From contig CAWBZI010000001.1 in NCBI GenBank assembly GCA_963793265.1, positions 192,001 through 256,000 of the forward strand: a stretch of DNA of 64,000 bases. Direction: 5' to 3'. This document shows positions 27,455 through 36,532 of this stretch, one piece after another; within the stretch, counting starts at the first letter, position 1, and every line of letters starts with the position of its first letter. Both the position numbers and the translations under genes were made by a program. The notes under the pieces are model-generated. The model was not told where the DNA came from and searched no databases. It worked only from the letters and a program-made list of their open reading frames with translations. The DNA comes from an uncultured cyanobacterium (GTDB lineage: Bacteria; Cyanobacteriota; Cyanobacteriia; Phormidesmidales; Phormidesmidaceae).

Positions 27455-29668
27455 ATGAAAAGCTGGCGGCATCGATTATGGCAACAGCGGCACATTTTAA
27501 CCATTGCGCCAAGTGTTGCTGGTGTCGTCATATTACTCAGGCTAGCGGGGCTACTACAGGCGTGGGAGTGGGCCGCTTACGATCAGTACACGCGGCTGCG
27601 CCCTGCAATGCCAGTAGATGAGCGCGTTGTGATTGTCGGCATCACTGAAGCCGACGTGAGTGAGATTGGGCAGGCCATTATTCCTGATGGTGTGTATGCC
27701 AAGGTGATTGAAAAACTGCGATCGCAATCTCCCCGAGCCATCGGCCTAGACATCTATCGCGATCTTCCTGTAGAGCCGGGTCACGACAGGCTGGTGAAAG
27801 TATTTGAAACCACGCCCAACCTCATCGGCATTCAAAAAGTTGTTGGCAACGCAGATCGCCAGACCGTATCACCGCCGCCCGCACTTGCCGCACGAGGTCA
27901 AGTGGGCGCAAACGACCTGATTATTGATGCAGACAACACGCTGCGCCGAGGGCTGCTCTCTACCCAAACCGCCGAAGGCACGACAGCCTACAGCCTCAGT
28001 TTGTACCTATCTCTACTGTACTTAGAGGCCGAGGGCATCGGCCCCGAAATGGTTGATGACGATGTTTGGTGGCTGGGCAAAACCCTATTCAAACCATTTG
28101 AAGCCAATGACGGCGGCTACATTCGAGCCGATGCTAGCGGCTACCAGCACTTAATCAACTATAGAGGCGGCGATCGCGCCTTTACCCAAGTCTCCCTGCT
28201 AGACGTATTACACAACCGCATTCCTTCAGACTGGGCCACCGACCGCATCGTCTTAATCGGCGCAGTTGGCGATAGCTTTCAAGATACCGTTTATACGCCC
28301 TACAGCAGCACGCTGCGCTCTATTCCTGAGCCGATGTCAGGCGTAGAAGTTCACGCTAGTGTCACCAGTCAGCTTGTCAGCGCCGCACTAGACGGGCAGG
28401 TGCAGATGCGTAGCTGGCATGAAATTGGTGAGTGGCTTTGGATTTTAGGATGGTCGGGCGTGGGGGCTGGGTTTGTTTGGCAGAGTAGGCAAGCCGGAGG
28501 GCGTTGGAGAAAAGGAGGATTGGGGGTCGCAGCTTTAGGTGTCTTACTAGGTGGCACCTACGCACTCTTCCGCTTTGGCTGGTGGGTGCCTGTCATCCCG
28601 GCTGTGCTCGCTGTCGGTGGATCAGCCATTGCCACAACCGCATACATTGCTCGCAGCGCTCATGACATTCGCCGCACGTTTGGCCGCTACCTCAGCGATG
28701 AAATTGTCACCACGCTTTTAGAAAATCCTGAAGGCCAAAAGCTCGGGGGCGAACGCCGGGAGATTACCATTCTCACCTCCGATCTTAGAGGATTCACCTC
28801 TGCGGCTGAAAGGCTCGCCCCCGAAGTTGTTGTTAAAGTGCTGAACTTTTATTTAGGCGAAATGGCAAAAGTGATCGTGCGTCACAAGGGCACGATTGAT
28901 GAGTATATGGGAGATGGCATTTTGGTGCTATTTGGGGCACCGATTCAGAGAGAAGACGATGCGAAAAGAGCGATCGCCTGCGCTGTAGAAATGCAGCTCA
29001 CGATGGAAGCTGTCAACAAAACTATGAAAAGCTGGAACCTATCTTCTTTGGATATGGGCATTGGCGTTCATACCGGCGAAGTGGTTGTGGGCAACATTGG
29101 CTCCGAGCAGCGGTCAAAATATGGTGTCGTCGGCAGCCCGGTCAATTTGACCTACCGTATAGAATCTGTAACTGTGGGCGGTCAGATATTAATTTCAGAC
29201 GAAACTCTTCAGGCCGCAGGTACAGGTGTACAGACTATCAATCAACAAACGATTATGCCAAAAGGCATTGTCAGACCTGTTGTAGTGCATGAAGTAACAG
29301 GCGTTAGTGAACCCTATCACTTACAGCTAACGAAAGCGACAGAGACTTTTTCGCCACTAGCAGAGCCTCTACTCATTTGCCTACGGCACATCAAAAACAA
29401 GCAGGTCGGCACTGATTCTTTTATCGGTCAAATCGTTGCGCTCTCCGAAAAAGGCGCTTTATTCAAAACAGAAGAATCGGCAGTTCGCACTATCGAAACA
29501 TTGAGCAACTTGAAGATTAATTTTCTGTCACTGGGCTCAGTTACAGCGAGCCAGGACGCCTATGCCAAGGTAATTTCAAAAGATGAGCGCCAGTGCCAGC
29601 TACATATTCATTTTACGGCGCTGCCTGAGGCGATAGCGAGGCAGTTAGAGAAAGCAGTCCGAGCGTAG
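27455..29668 (+). CDS. cya2: CHASE2-domain class III nucleotide cyclase, Cya2-like (probable guanylyl cyclase)
   Basis: TM-CHASE2-3TM, then ILTSDLRGFT, IDEYMGDG (Glu at the substrate position), KYGVVG..VNLTYRIES; as recalled, closely matches Synechocystis Cya2; PilZ-like tail (ALSEKG). Confidence 0.85.
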   Translation: MKSWRHRLWQQRHILTIAPSVAGVVILLRLAGLLQAWEWAAYDQYTRLRPAMPVDERVVIVGITEADVSEIGQAIIPDGVYAKVIEKLRSQSPRAIGLDIYRDLPVEPGHDRLVKVFETTPNLIGIQKVVGNADRQTVSPPPALAARGQVGANDLIIDADNTLRRGLLSTQTAEGTTAYSLSLYLSLLYLEAEGIGPEMVDDDVWWLGKTLFKPFEANDGGYIRADASGYQHLINYRGGDRAFTQVSLLDVLHNRIPSDWATDRIVLIGAVGDSFQDTVYTPYSSTLRSIPEPMSGVEVHASVTSQLVSAALDGQVQMRSWHEIGEWLWILGWSGVGAGFVWQSRQAGGRWRKGGLGVAALGVLLGGTYALFRFGWWVPVIPAVLAVGGSAIATTAYIARSAHDIRRTFGRYLSDEIVTTLLENPEGQKLGGERREITILTSDLRGFTSAAERLAPEVVVKVLNFYLGEMAKVIVRHKGTIDEYMGDGILVLFGAPIQREDDAKRAIACAVEMQLTMEAVNKTMKSWNLSSLDMGIGVHTGEVVVGNIGSEQRSKYGVVGSPVNLTYRIESVTVGGQILISDETLQAAGTGVQTINQQTIMPKGIVRPVVVHEVTGVSEPYHLQLTKATETFSPLAEPLLICLRHIKNKQVGTDSFIGQIVALSEKGALFKTEESAVRTIETLSNLKINFLSLGSVTASQDAYAKVISKDERQCQLHIHFTALPEAIARQLEKAVRA

Positions 29669-29697
29669 GTCTTTAAACAGTGGCAAACAGCAAATTT

Positions 29698-29713
29698 TGT
29701 ATACGATGTCACA
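29698..29713. promoter_or_regulatory. Possible CRP-family site (TGTAT-N6-TCACA)
   Basis: TGTATACGATGTCACA inside a TTTTGT...ACAAAA palindrome; 8 of 10 positions match TGTGA-N6-TCACA. Confidence 0.35.
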
Positions 29714-29747
29714 AAAGCCTCACATGCACACTCAATTATTATGTTTT

Positions 29748-29761
29748 GTAGCTTGCAATAC
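29748..29761. promoter_or_regulatory. Possible NtcA site (GTA-N8-TAC)
   Basis: GTAGCTTGCAATAC, about 100 nt upstream of the ATG at 29861; no ideal -10 at 22 nt. Confidence 0.35.
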
Positions 29762-29860
29762 GGTTTGTAAGCTTGTACAACTTTAGATAGATATTTTATA
29801 AAGCAGCTAAAAAGAAAAATCGCACAAGTACCGCAGCGGACTACCTACCGGGAATTCAAT

Positions 29861-30553
29861 ATGGCCTCTCTCAACCAAGCCTCACGCCCTAACGCTCAAG
29901 CTAGAGATCAGTTCAATGACCTGCACGCTCAGCACACTATCGACAGTGGTGATTTGCTCGTCATTTGTAGCTTAGCCAACGTAGACAATATTTTTGAGCG
30001 CGTAGAGTCTTGGAGCTTCGAGCAGTTTTTTGGATTTGCAGCCTATCTGTTTATCACCACCGACTCGGCGGAGACTCGCCAGCAGCTTGCTCAGATCATG
30101 CCAAAATTTGGTAGCAGAGCGGTGCTATCACTGGTCAAAATTTTGCACCATGCTCAGCTATCAAATGACAATAAGAGCCTGTCGCTAAAAGCGCTAGCAA
30201 CGCAAAGCTTGGGTGCAATGAATCCCTACACCTTTGCGATTGGCCTAACAGAAGTGTTAGCTCAAGATAATGCGGCAGAACTAGGATCTGTTGCAGCTAA
30301 GGCACTGGTAAAAATTAGCTACGAAAGCAGCGACTCTATTCTTTTACTATTGCCTCAACTGCTGCCCGCGAAGTCCTGGCAACTGCTCAAGGCTAAACTT
30401 GTTAGCGAACCTTCTTTTACCAGCATTAAAAAGAGTATTAAAGAAGACACCGAAGCTCAGAAAATGGCGGTCAAAGCGTTGAACAAAATCAACGTCAGCG
30501 CTGATGAGCTGTCCTTTATTGAGAGTCCTCGACCTGTGTCGTATGGCCAGTAA
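29861..30553 (+). CDS. Hypothetical helical (HEAT-repeat-like) protein
   Basis: 230-aa ORF; QLAQIMPKFGSRAVLSLVKIL, AAKALVKI resemble HEAT/PBS-lyase repeats; 3' end overlaps the convergent ATPase by 38 nt. Confidence 0.6.
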   Translation: MASLNQASRPNAQARDQFNDLHAQHTIDSGDLLVICSLANVDNIFERVESWSFEQFFGFAAYLFITTDSAETRQQLAQIMPKFGSRAVLSLVKILHHAQLSNDNKSLSLKALATQSLGAMNPYTFAIGLTEVLAQDNAAELGSVAAKALVKISYESSDSILLLLPQLLPAKSWQLLKAKLVSEPSFTSIKKSIKEDTEAQKMAVKALNKINVSADELSFIESPRPVSYGQ

Positions 30554-31541
30554 GGGCAAAAAACACGTCATCTAAGCTAGGGCGGCGGAGTGAAATATCG
30601 GCTAGCGGAATGTTTGCAGACTCCAGGCGTAGCACTATTTCTGTGAGTGTTTTTGCACCGTCAGGCGCAGCGATCGCAATTGCTTTCCCCTTACCGGCTT
30701 CATCACCCGCCCCACTCACGGTCATATCTCCCATATCAGCCAGCAAGCGCTGCACGCGCGGAATATCTTCTGGATTAGCCAGCCGTAGCTCACAAAATTT
30801 ACCGCCTACTTTGTCTTTAAGTTCGTCAACGGTGCCCTCTGCAATCACCTGCCCTTGATCGATCACAACAATCTGATCGGCTAGCGCATCGGCCTCTTCT
30901 AGATATTGAGTGGTCAAAATGATGGTAATGCCCTGCGCCTTTAAGTCTTGAACAACGGCCCAAAGCTGCTGCCGACTGCGAGGATCGAGGCCGGTAGTGG
31001 GTTCATCTAAAAATAGAACTAAAGGCAGTACAACAATACTCGCGGCCAAATCTAACCGCCGTCGCATACCGCCCGAAAAGGTTTTGACCTGTCGGTTAGC
31101 TGCCTCTGTTAAGTCGAACTGGGCCAGCAGTTCTTGTGCTCTTTTTTTCGCGGCTGCACCTGAAAGCCGCAGCAGCCGGGCAAATAAAATCAGGTTTTCG
31201 CGTGCGGTGAGGGCTTCATCAACGGCGGCAAACTGGCCCGTTAGGCCAATGAGCGATCGCACCGCCTCTGGCTGTGTCACCACATCGTAGCCCGCGATTG
31301 TCGCCGTGCCGCTATCTGGCGTCAGCAGCGTCGTCAGGCAGTTGATTGCCGTCGTTTTTCCGGCTCCGTTAGGCCCCAGTACGCCCAGCACCGTTCCGCT
31401 TGCCGCCGACAGGTTAATCCCACGCAACACTGGCGTATCCCCAAAGCGCTTCGTTAGATTCTTCACCTCTACAATCATCTCTGCCACTAGAGCCACAGAA
31501 TACCTTTCCTTAGGCGATACGCTAAACCAATAACCTAGCAT
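30516..31541 (-). CDS. ABC transporter ATP-binding protein, DrrA-like
   Basis: Walker A GPNGAGKTT, GLTGQFAAVDEALTARENL, FSGGMRRRLDLA, LFLDEPTTGLDP, LTTQYLEEAD, RRPSLDDVFFALTG; likely start 31478. Confidence 0.95.
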   Translation of the reverse strand: MLGYWFSVSPKERYSVALVAEMIVEVKNLTKRFGDTPVLRGINLSAASGTVLGVLGPNGAGKTTAINCLTTLLTPDSGTATIAGYDVVTQPEAVRSLIGLTGQFAAVDEALTARENLILFARLLRLSGAAAKKRAQELLAQFDLTEAANRQVKTFSGGMRRRLDLAASIVVLPLVLFLDEPTTGLDPRSRQQLWAVVQDLKAQGITIILTTQYLEEADALADQIVVIDQGQVIAEGTVDELKDKVGGKFCELRLANPEDIPRVQRLLADMGDMTVSGAGDEAGKGKAIAIAAPDGAKTLTEIVLRLESANIPLADISLRRPSLDDVFFALTGHTTQVEDSQ

Positions 31542-31741
31542 CGTAACCTACCTGCTCCAGCATTATTCTTTCTACAGGGCGAGGCGGTTTTTGGCTAGCT
31601 AAACGAAAATACGTAAAAGCCGCTGTTCATTTTGTAGACAATCCTTCGGTCATAGCGCCGATTACTTTCCCTGATCAGGCTAGCTACGCTTGTTAAGGTT
31701 ACGGCCAGCACTACCGTTCGTTAGAAATCCAGGAAATTTGC

Positions 31742-32965
31742 ATGTCACGTTCGCTTCATCTTTGGTACCAGCAGCAGGCTGCTCGGCTTGCCTACCGCCA
31801 GGGACTTGCCCATGTTCGCCAGGCCGCTCACTCTGAAGCGATCGCAGCATTCACCGAAGCGATAGAAAAGGGATATCAAAAGTCGAACCAGGCGCTATTT
31901 GCCAGGGGTCTTAGCTATGCGCGGATGAGAGATGTAGAGGGCGCGATCGCAGACTTCTCAACCATTATTGACGAGGCTTCGCCAAGCAAAGGGCAGAAGC
32001 GAAATGCTGAGGCCGAGTTTTTACAGGCCCAGGCCCACCACCATCGGGGCCTGCTCAAGCAACAATTAGGTAATGAGGCGGGCGCGTTAGCTGACTGGTC
32101 TGAGGCGATCGCTCACTGGCCCAACTACCCCGAGCCTCACTATCAAAGGGCGCTAGTTTTCTTAGGCCAAGGACACCACAAGCAGGCACAGATTGACTTG
32201 GACGCGGCGCTTGAAGGCAATCCGACCATGGCACTTGCCTATGTGCAAAGAGGAAATTTGCGCCATCAGCTAGGCGATATTCCGGGTGCGGTTTCTGATT
32301 GGGAGCTGGCCGTGTGTAACGATCTTGGCTTAGAGAGCGTCAAACAAAAGCTGGCAAGCATACATCAAGCCGCCTACGATGCTAAGCTCAGCGCCGTCTT
32401 AAAAGCGCCGCTGGCAGCTAAAGGTCTTACCGCAGAAGTGACTCACAGCGGATCTCAGCTCGACATTCACGTTCACCGGCAGCTAGGCACAGGCGTAAAC
32501 TACTACACGCTGCCCGATCTCATTCGCGAGCATCTGGTACCGCTACATTTAGCCGACGTTAAAAAGTTTCAGCTCATCGGTCATCTAGCGGAAATTAATC
32601 GACCTGAGTGGAGCCAGTCATACGATTTGTACAAAGGTCAACCCTGCCCGCCTAGCAACTGGCAAGCGGCTTTTTCTACCCTGGTCGTGTTTCCTCCCTT
32701 CGGTATTCCTGCCTTCATCCAAGCGGCTCAGGTCAAAAAGCTCTACAGCCGCGGTCAGTATGTAGAGGCATTGAGTGCATCTAAGTCTGTGAAGGGGCTG
32801 TGCGTAGCAGGCAGTGTCACGCTAGGATTTTGTACGCTGCTGCCATTAGGATACGTAGCCTACGATTCGATGCAAGCAGAGCCAACATTTCGAGTCGTCG
32901 CCGAGCGCCTAGAACAACCCCACCGCCCCTACCAACAAATCCGCCGAAACAACCCCGACCTGTAG
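31742..32965 (+). CDS. TPR-repeat protein with C-terminal CD225/dispanin (IFITM-like) membrane domain
   Basis: Several TPR units (ALFARGLSY..GAIADFS; AYVQRGNLRHQLGD..GAVSDW); C-term PPSNWQAAFSTLVVFPPFGIPAFIQAAQVKKLYSRGQYVEALSASKSVK. Confidence 0.8.
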   Translation: MSRSLHLWYQQQAARLAYRQGLAHVRQAAHSEAIAAFTEAIEKGYQKSNQALFARGLSYARMRDVEGAIADFSTIIDEASPSKGQKRNAEAEFLQAQAHHHRGLLKQQLGNEAGALADWSEAIAHWPNYPEPHYQRALVFLGQGHHKQAQIDLDAALEGNPTMALAYVQRGNLRHQLGDIPGAVSDWELAVCNDLGLESVKQKLASIHQAAYDAKLSAVLKAPLAAKGLTAEVTHSGSQLDIHVHRQLGTGVNYYTLPDLIREHLVPLHLADVKKFQLIGHLAEINRPEWSQSYDLYKGQPCPPSNWQAAFSTLVVFPPFGIPAFIQAAQVKKLYSRGQYVEALSASKSVKGLCVAGSVTLGFCTLLPLGYVAYDSMQAEPTFRVVAERLEQPHRPYQQIRRNNPDL

Positions 32966-32988
32966 GGGCGTAAGGTCTTACGCCCTCC
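32962..32988 (+). repeat. REP-like palindromic element (GTAG class)
   Basis: GTAGGGGCGTAAG-GT-CTTACGCCCTCC; its TAG is the stop codon of the TPR gene. Confidence 0.75.
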
Positions 32989-33033
32989 GGCTGAAATCCC
33001 GCCCCTTACCAAAACCACCCTCTCACCAATCTC

Positions 33034-33957
33034 TCACATCGAAAGCGACACTTCCTTAGGCAACGCCAACAAAACATCCAAAAAAGCAAAAACAGCGCGC
33101 GGCAGCACGGCATTCTCCAAAATGGCAACACCCACAACACGCTCCAAAGGCTCAGGCAAAGACTTTACCCGCACGCCCGCAGGCACCGGCTCTGCCTCCA
33201 AACGCGCCAAAACAGCCGCACCCAACCCTTTCTCTATCATATTCATCAGCGTAGAATCTTCTCTCACTTCGTAGTCGGCAGGCAGGTGATAGCCAAAGTG
33301 CGCGAGGTGCGCTCCGACCAAATCATTGTGTTGAGTAGAGCGTAAGTTCACAATCCGCGAATAGCTCACTAGCTGCTCCCAAGTCAAAGAGTTCTGTTCT
33401 TTTTCATCCACCGCTTTCTCATCAGGCGGCAGCAGTGCAACAAACTCTTCTCTAAAAATCTCCCAAGATTGAAACTCTGACGGCGTAGGCAGTAGCGTAA
33501 AGCCTAAATCGGCCTGCCCTTCTCTCAACGACTTCTCTACATCAGCATAGCGGTCATGCTCCGAGATCTCGACGGTCAGCCGGGGATGAACCCGCCGAAA
33601 CTGAGAAATAACGCCCGGCAAAATATGTGTTGCGACCGTACGAATAGCCGCTACGCGAACCCGGCCTGTCTGCAAATCTTTCGCCTGGCTAGCCGTCTGT
33701 TGAATATCGCTCAGACCGTTCAGCACCGTCTTTGCCTGCTGATAAATTTGAGTGCCGATGGGCGTAAGCACTGCGCCAACACGGTTTCTTAATAAGAGGA
33801 CAACGCCCAAATCTGACTCTAGCGTGGCGATCGCATGACTCACCGTAGACTGCGCTAACCCTAGCTGAAGCGCCGCTGCACTAAATCCGCCCTGCTCAGC
33901 GACAGCGACTAGAGCCACAAGCTGCGAAATTTTAAGCTGTTTGCCAGTCTTAACCAT
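33034..33957 (-). CDS. LysR family transcriptional regulator
   Basis: HTH GGFSAAALQLGLAQSTVSHAIATLESDLG..LL.R; substrate-binding domain; divergent from the NhaC-family gene. Confidence 0.96.
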   Translation of the reverse strand: MVKTGKQLKISQLVALVAVAEQGGFSAAALQLGLAQSTVSHAIATLESDLGVVLLLRNRVGAVLTPIGTQIYQQAKTVLNGLSDIQQTASQAKDLQTGRVRVAAIRTVATHILPGVISQFRRVHPRLTVEISEHDRYADVEKSLREGQADLGFTLLPTPSEFQSWEIFREEFVALLPPDEKAVDEKEQNSLTWEQLVSYSRIVNLRSTQHNDLVGAHLAHFGYHLPADYEVREDSTLMNMIEKGLGAAVLARLEAEPVPAGVRVKSLPEPLERVVGVAILENAVLPRAVFAFLDVLLALPKEVSLSM

Positions 33958-34032
33958 CGGTCTTAGCCGTTTTTAAACAGGCGATCGCACGTATTTAAAC
34001 ATCAGTAGACTCGAAATAGAGCCCATAGCACC

Positions 34033-34047
34033 ATCGACGGCATCGAT
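34033..34047. promoter_or_regulatory. LysR-type T-N11-A operator
   Basis: Palindrome ATCGA-CGGCA-TCGAT in the divergent lysR/nhaC gap. Confidence 0.6.
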
Positions 34048-34133
34048 AATAGCTATCACAACATCACCTTGTCGAGACTAAGCTCGCTCCTTACAGTGAA
34101 GGAATTCGATCCTGCGCTCGCGCCTTGCACAGT

Positions 34134-35534
34134 ATGCCAAACAACAACCTCGATCTGATTGTAGTTTTGTTATTCTCGTTTGGTCTATTAGTAACGAGCG
34201 CGCTCACAGGCACTTTCATTGCCTATCCCCTATTGGTTGCACTGATACTGTTTATGGCCGTTTTAGTGCGGCGTGGGTTTGCAGTGCGATCGCTTCTCAA
34301 AATGGGGTTCATCGGTGCCCAACAGGCGCTACCTGTTGTAAAAGTGCTCTTACTAATTGGCATAGTCACGGCAATTTGGATGGCCTCGGGCACGGTACCA
34401 GCACTGGTTTACTACGGCACAGGCTTAATTTCGCCTCGTTTTTTCATTTTATGGGCCTTTGTTCTCACAGGTCTGCTTTCCACGCTCATAGGCACTTCCT
34501 TTGGCTCAGTGGCCACGCTTGGCATTGCGCTGATGGTGATGGCTCGCAGTAGCGGTGTGGATGCTAATCCTGTGGCGGGGGCAATTATTGCGGGGGCCTT
34601 CGTAGGCGATCGCTGCTCCCCGATGTCTTCTAGTGCGCACTTAGTCGCTAGCATCACCCAAACATCTCTCTACGGCAATTTGCGAAATATGATTCGCAGT
34701 AGCCTGTGGCCGATTGCGCTCTCTTTAGGCTTCTACGCAGTTCTCTCTCTTTTTCATCCTGCGCAGCTCGCCGCCAATCCTATAATGGCTGAGCTGCCCA
34801 AAGCCTTCGATCTTTCACCTGTAGTTCTACTTCCGGCGGGTGCTGTTTTACTTTTGGCCGTTTTAAGGGTAGATGTGAAGCTGGCTATGCTGGTGAGTAT
34901 TGGGCTGGGGAGTGCGATCGCCTATCACTTTCAGCACTATTCTTTCTTCAGCATTATTCAGTTCGCGCTGCTTGGCTTCCAGCTCGATAGTTCACCTGCG
35001 CTTCAAAGCATTCTCTTAGGCGGCGGGCTGATCCCTATGGCAAAAGCCACGCTCGTTGTCTTTATCTCTACCGCCTTTGCAGGCATATTTTCAGGCAGTC
35101 GCACCCTCAGCTTCATCGACCGCTGGTTTAGTCACATCCATACTCAGCGCCAGCTTAGCCGGGCCACTGTCTTTGTCTCTATTCTCTCTAATCTCTTTGG
35201 CTGCACGCAAACGATTGCCATTTTGCTTGCCGGGCAAATCATGCAGCCTCACTACAAAACGCTTTGGCCTAATCGAGATAGAGCGGCTCATAACCAACAG
35301 CTAGCGCTCGATTTAGAAGACACTGCCGTCATGATCGCGCCCCTTATTCCATGGAATATTGCCGGGCTCATTCCAGCCACCGTTCTTGCCGTTGGCCCAG
35401 GATTTATCCCCTACGCGGCCTATCTCTGGCTACTGCCACTGTTCACGTTTTTTAGAAACAGTACGCTTCAGCCTTCGCCAAAATCTCCGTCTTCAGGTCG
35501 CTCGCTGGCGTCTAAAAGAACTGTCTTAAAGTAG
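34134..35534 (+). CDS. Na+/H+ antiporter NhaC family transporter
   Basis: WMASGTVPALVYYG, IGTSFGS, GAIIAGAFVGDRCSPMSSSA, LEDT..APLIPWN; ATG 34134. Confidence 0.88.
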   Translation: MPNNNLDLIVVLLFSFGLLVTSALTGTFIAYPLLVALILFMAVLVRRGFAVRSLLKMGFIGAQQALPVVKVLLLIGIVTAIWMASGTVPALVYYGTGLISPRFFILWAFVLTGLLSTLIGTSFGSVATLGIALMVMARSSGVDANPVAGAIIAGAFVGDRCSPMSSSAHLVASITQTSLYGNLRNMIRSSLWPIALSLGFYAVLSLFHPAQLAANPIMAELPKAFDLSPVVLLPAGAVLLLAVLRVDVKLAMLVSIGLGSAIAYHFQHYSFFSIIQFALLGFQLDSSPALQSILLGGGLIPMAKATLVVFISTAFAGIFSGSRTLSFIDRWFSHIHTQRQLSRATVFVSILSNLFGCTQTIAILLAGQIMQPHYKTLWPNRDRAAHNQQLALDLEDTAVMIAPLIPWNIAGLIPATVLAVGPGFIPYAAYLWLLPLFTFFRNSTLQPSPKSPSSGRSLASKRTVLK

Positions 35535-35606
35535 AGGTGATCGCCTCGAAGTTAGGGTACGGTTAAGGTTAGAAAACTTCAATCACACAGCCAAAACACT
35601 ACTCAC

Positions 35607-36362
35607 ATGACTGACACTCAAGACAAAATGGCCGCTTCTTTTAGTCAGGCTTACCAGACCGCCGAGCAGTTAGGCGGCCTAGTGTCGGCCGTTGGCACCC
35701 AAATCTTCAACAAAGTATCGAGCGCTACTGTTGATACAACAACTCGCGTTAGCGAAGCTGCTGCCGAATCTGCGCATGTAGCGGTAGAGCAGGCAACTGA
35801 GAACGTGGGAAATACCCTGCATCCTATTGCTGAAAATCCGGCCATAGATTATGTCGCCAAGGTTCCAGGATTAGGCTGGCTCACCAGTGCATTAGGAAAG
35901 GTTGACCAGAAAAAGGTGAAAGCAGACGTTGAGAAGCTGAAAGCCAAGCATCCTAATGAAGCGGCTGAGGATTTGGCGCATCGAATTATTGTTGATACCA
36001 CGATTAGAGCAGGCGGGATTGGCCTGGCGACGAATATTATTCCGCCGATTGCTCTGGGGTTGTTTGCGGTGGATTTGGCCGCGATCGCTGCTCTCCAATC
36101 TGAAATGCTCTACCGCATCGCCGCCATCTACGACTTCAAGCCGACAGATCCTGCACGCAAAGGCGAAGCCCTAACCGTATTTGCCCTTTCACTAGGCACC
36201 TCTACTGCCGTAAAAACAGGACTCAGCGTCGTTGAGCTAATCCCCCTTGTCGGTGCCGCCGTAGGTGCTAGCAGCAACGCAGGCATTCTCTACAGCTTCG
36301 GCATCGCCGCCTCCGAATTCTACAAAAGAAAACGCGCTAAAATCAAAACACCGGCCTATTAA
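35607..36362 (+). CDS. EcsC/DUF697-like membrane-associated hypothetical protein
   Basis: GGIGLATNIIPP..AVDLAAIAALQSEMLYRIAAIY, ELIPLVGAAVGASSNA. Confidence 0.7.
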   Translation: MTDTQDKMAASFSQAYQTAEQLGGLVSAVGTQIFNKVSSATVDTTTRVSEAAAESAHVAVEQATENVGNTLHPIAENPAIDYVAKVPGLGWLTSALGKVDQKKVKADVEKLKAKHPNEAAEDLAHRIIVDTTIRAGGIGLATNIIPPIALGLFAVDLAAIAALQSEMLYRIAAIYDFKPTDPARKGEALTVFALSLGTSTAVKTGLSVVELIPLVGAAVGASSNAGILYSFGIAASEFYKRKRAKIKTPAY

Positions 36363-36402
36363 TCCAAACCCCCATCAACATCCAGCCGCCAACCGATTCA
36401 CC

Positions 36403-36429
36403 GTAGGGGCGTAAGGCATTACGCTCTCC
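36403..36429 (+). repeat. REP-like palindromic element, second copy
   Basis: GTAGGGGCGTAAGGCATTACGCTCTCC, near-identical to 32962-32988. Confidence 0.7.
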
Positions 36430-36503
36430 AGCCTCCACCCCAAAAAACCCTTTTTCCGTTTATAAGAATTAAATTAGAAATCCAGAAATATCAGCAAAAA
36501 TGG

Positions 36504-36532
36504 TTGCATTATCTATTCCCTATCGCTATGAT
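36504..36532 (+). promoter_or_regulatory. Sigma70-type promoter
   Basis: TTGCAT-N17-TATGAT. Confidence 0.65.

Noticed and set aside
22131..29668. CBASS/Pycsar-type or Craspase-like anti-phage system (cyclase + cNMP effector + caspase-like protease)
   Set aside because: The cyclase is a membrane CHASE2 purine-type enzyme, CHAT sits on a secreted TPS protein, and there is no CD-NTase, TIR or Cas gene; signalling is more parsimonious, though a defence role is not formally excluded
14230..31541. Intact prophage, ICE or IS element
   Set aside because: No integrase, transposase, relaxase or structural phage genes, and no att-like or terminal repeats seen
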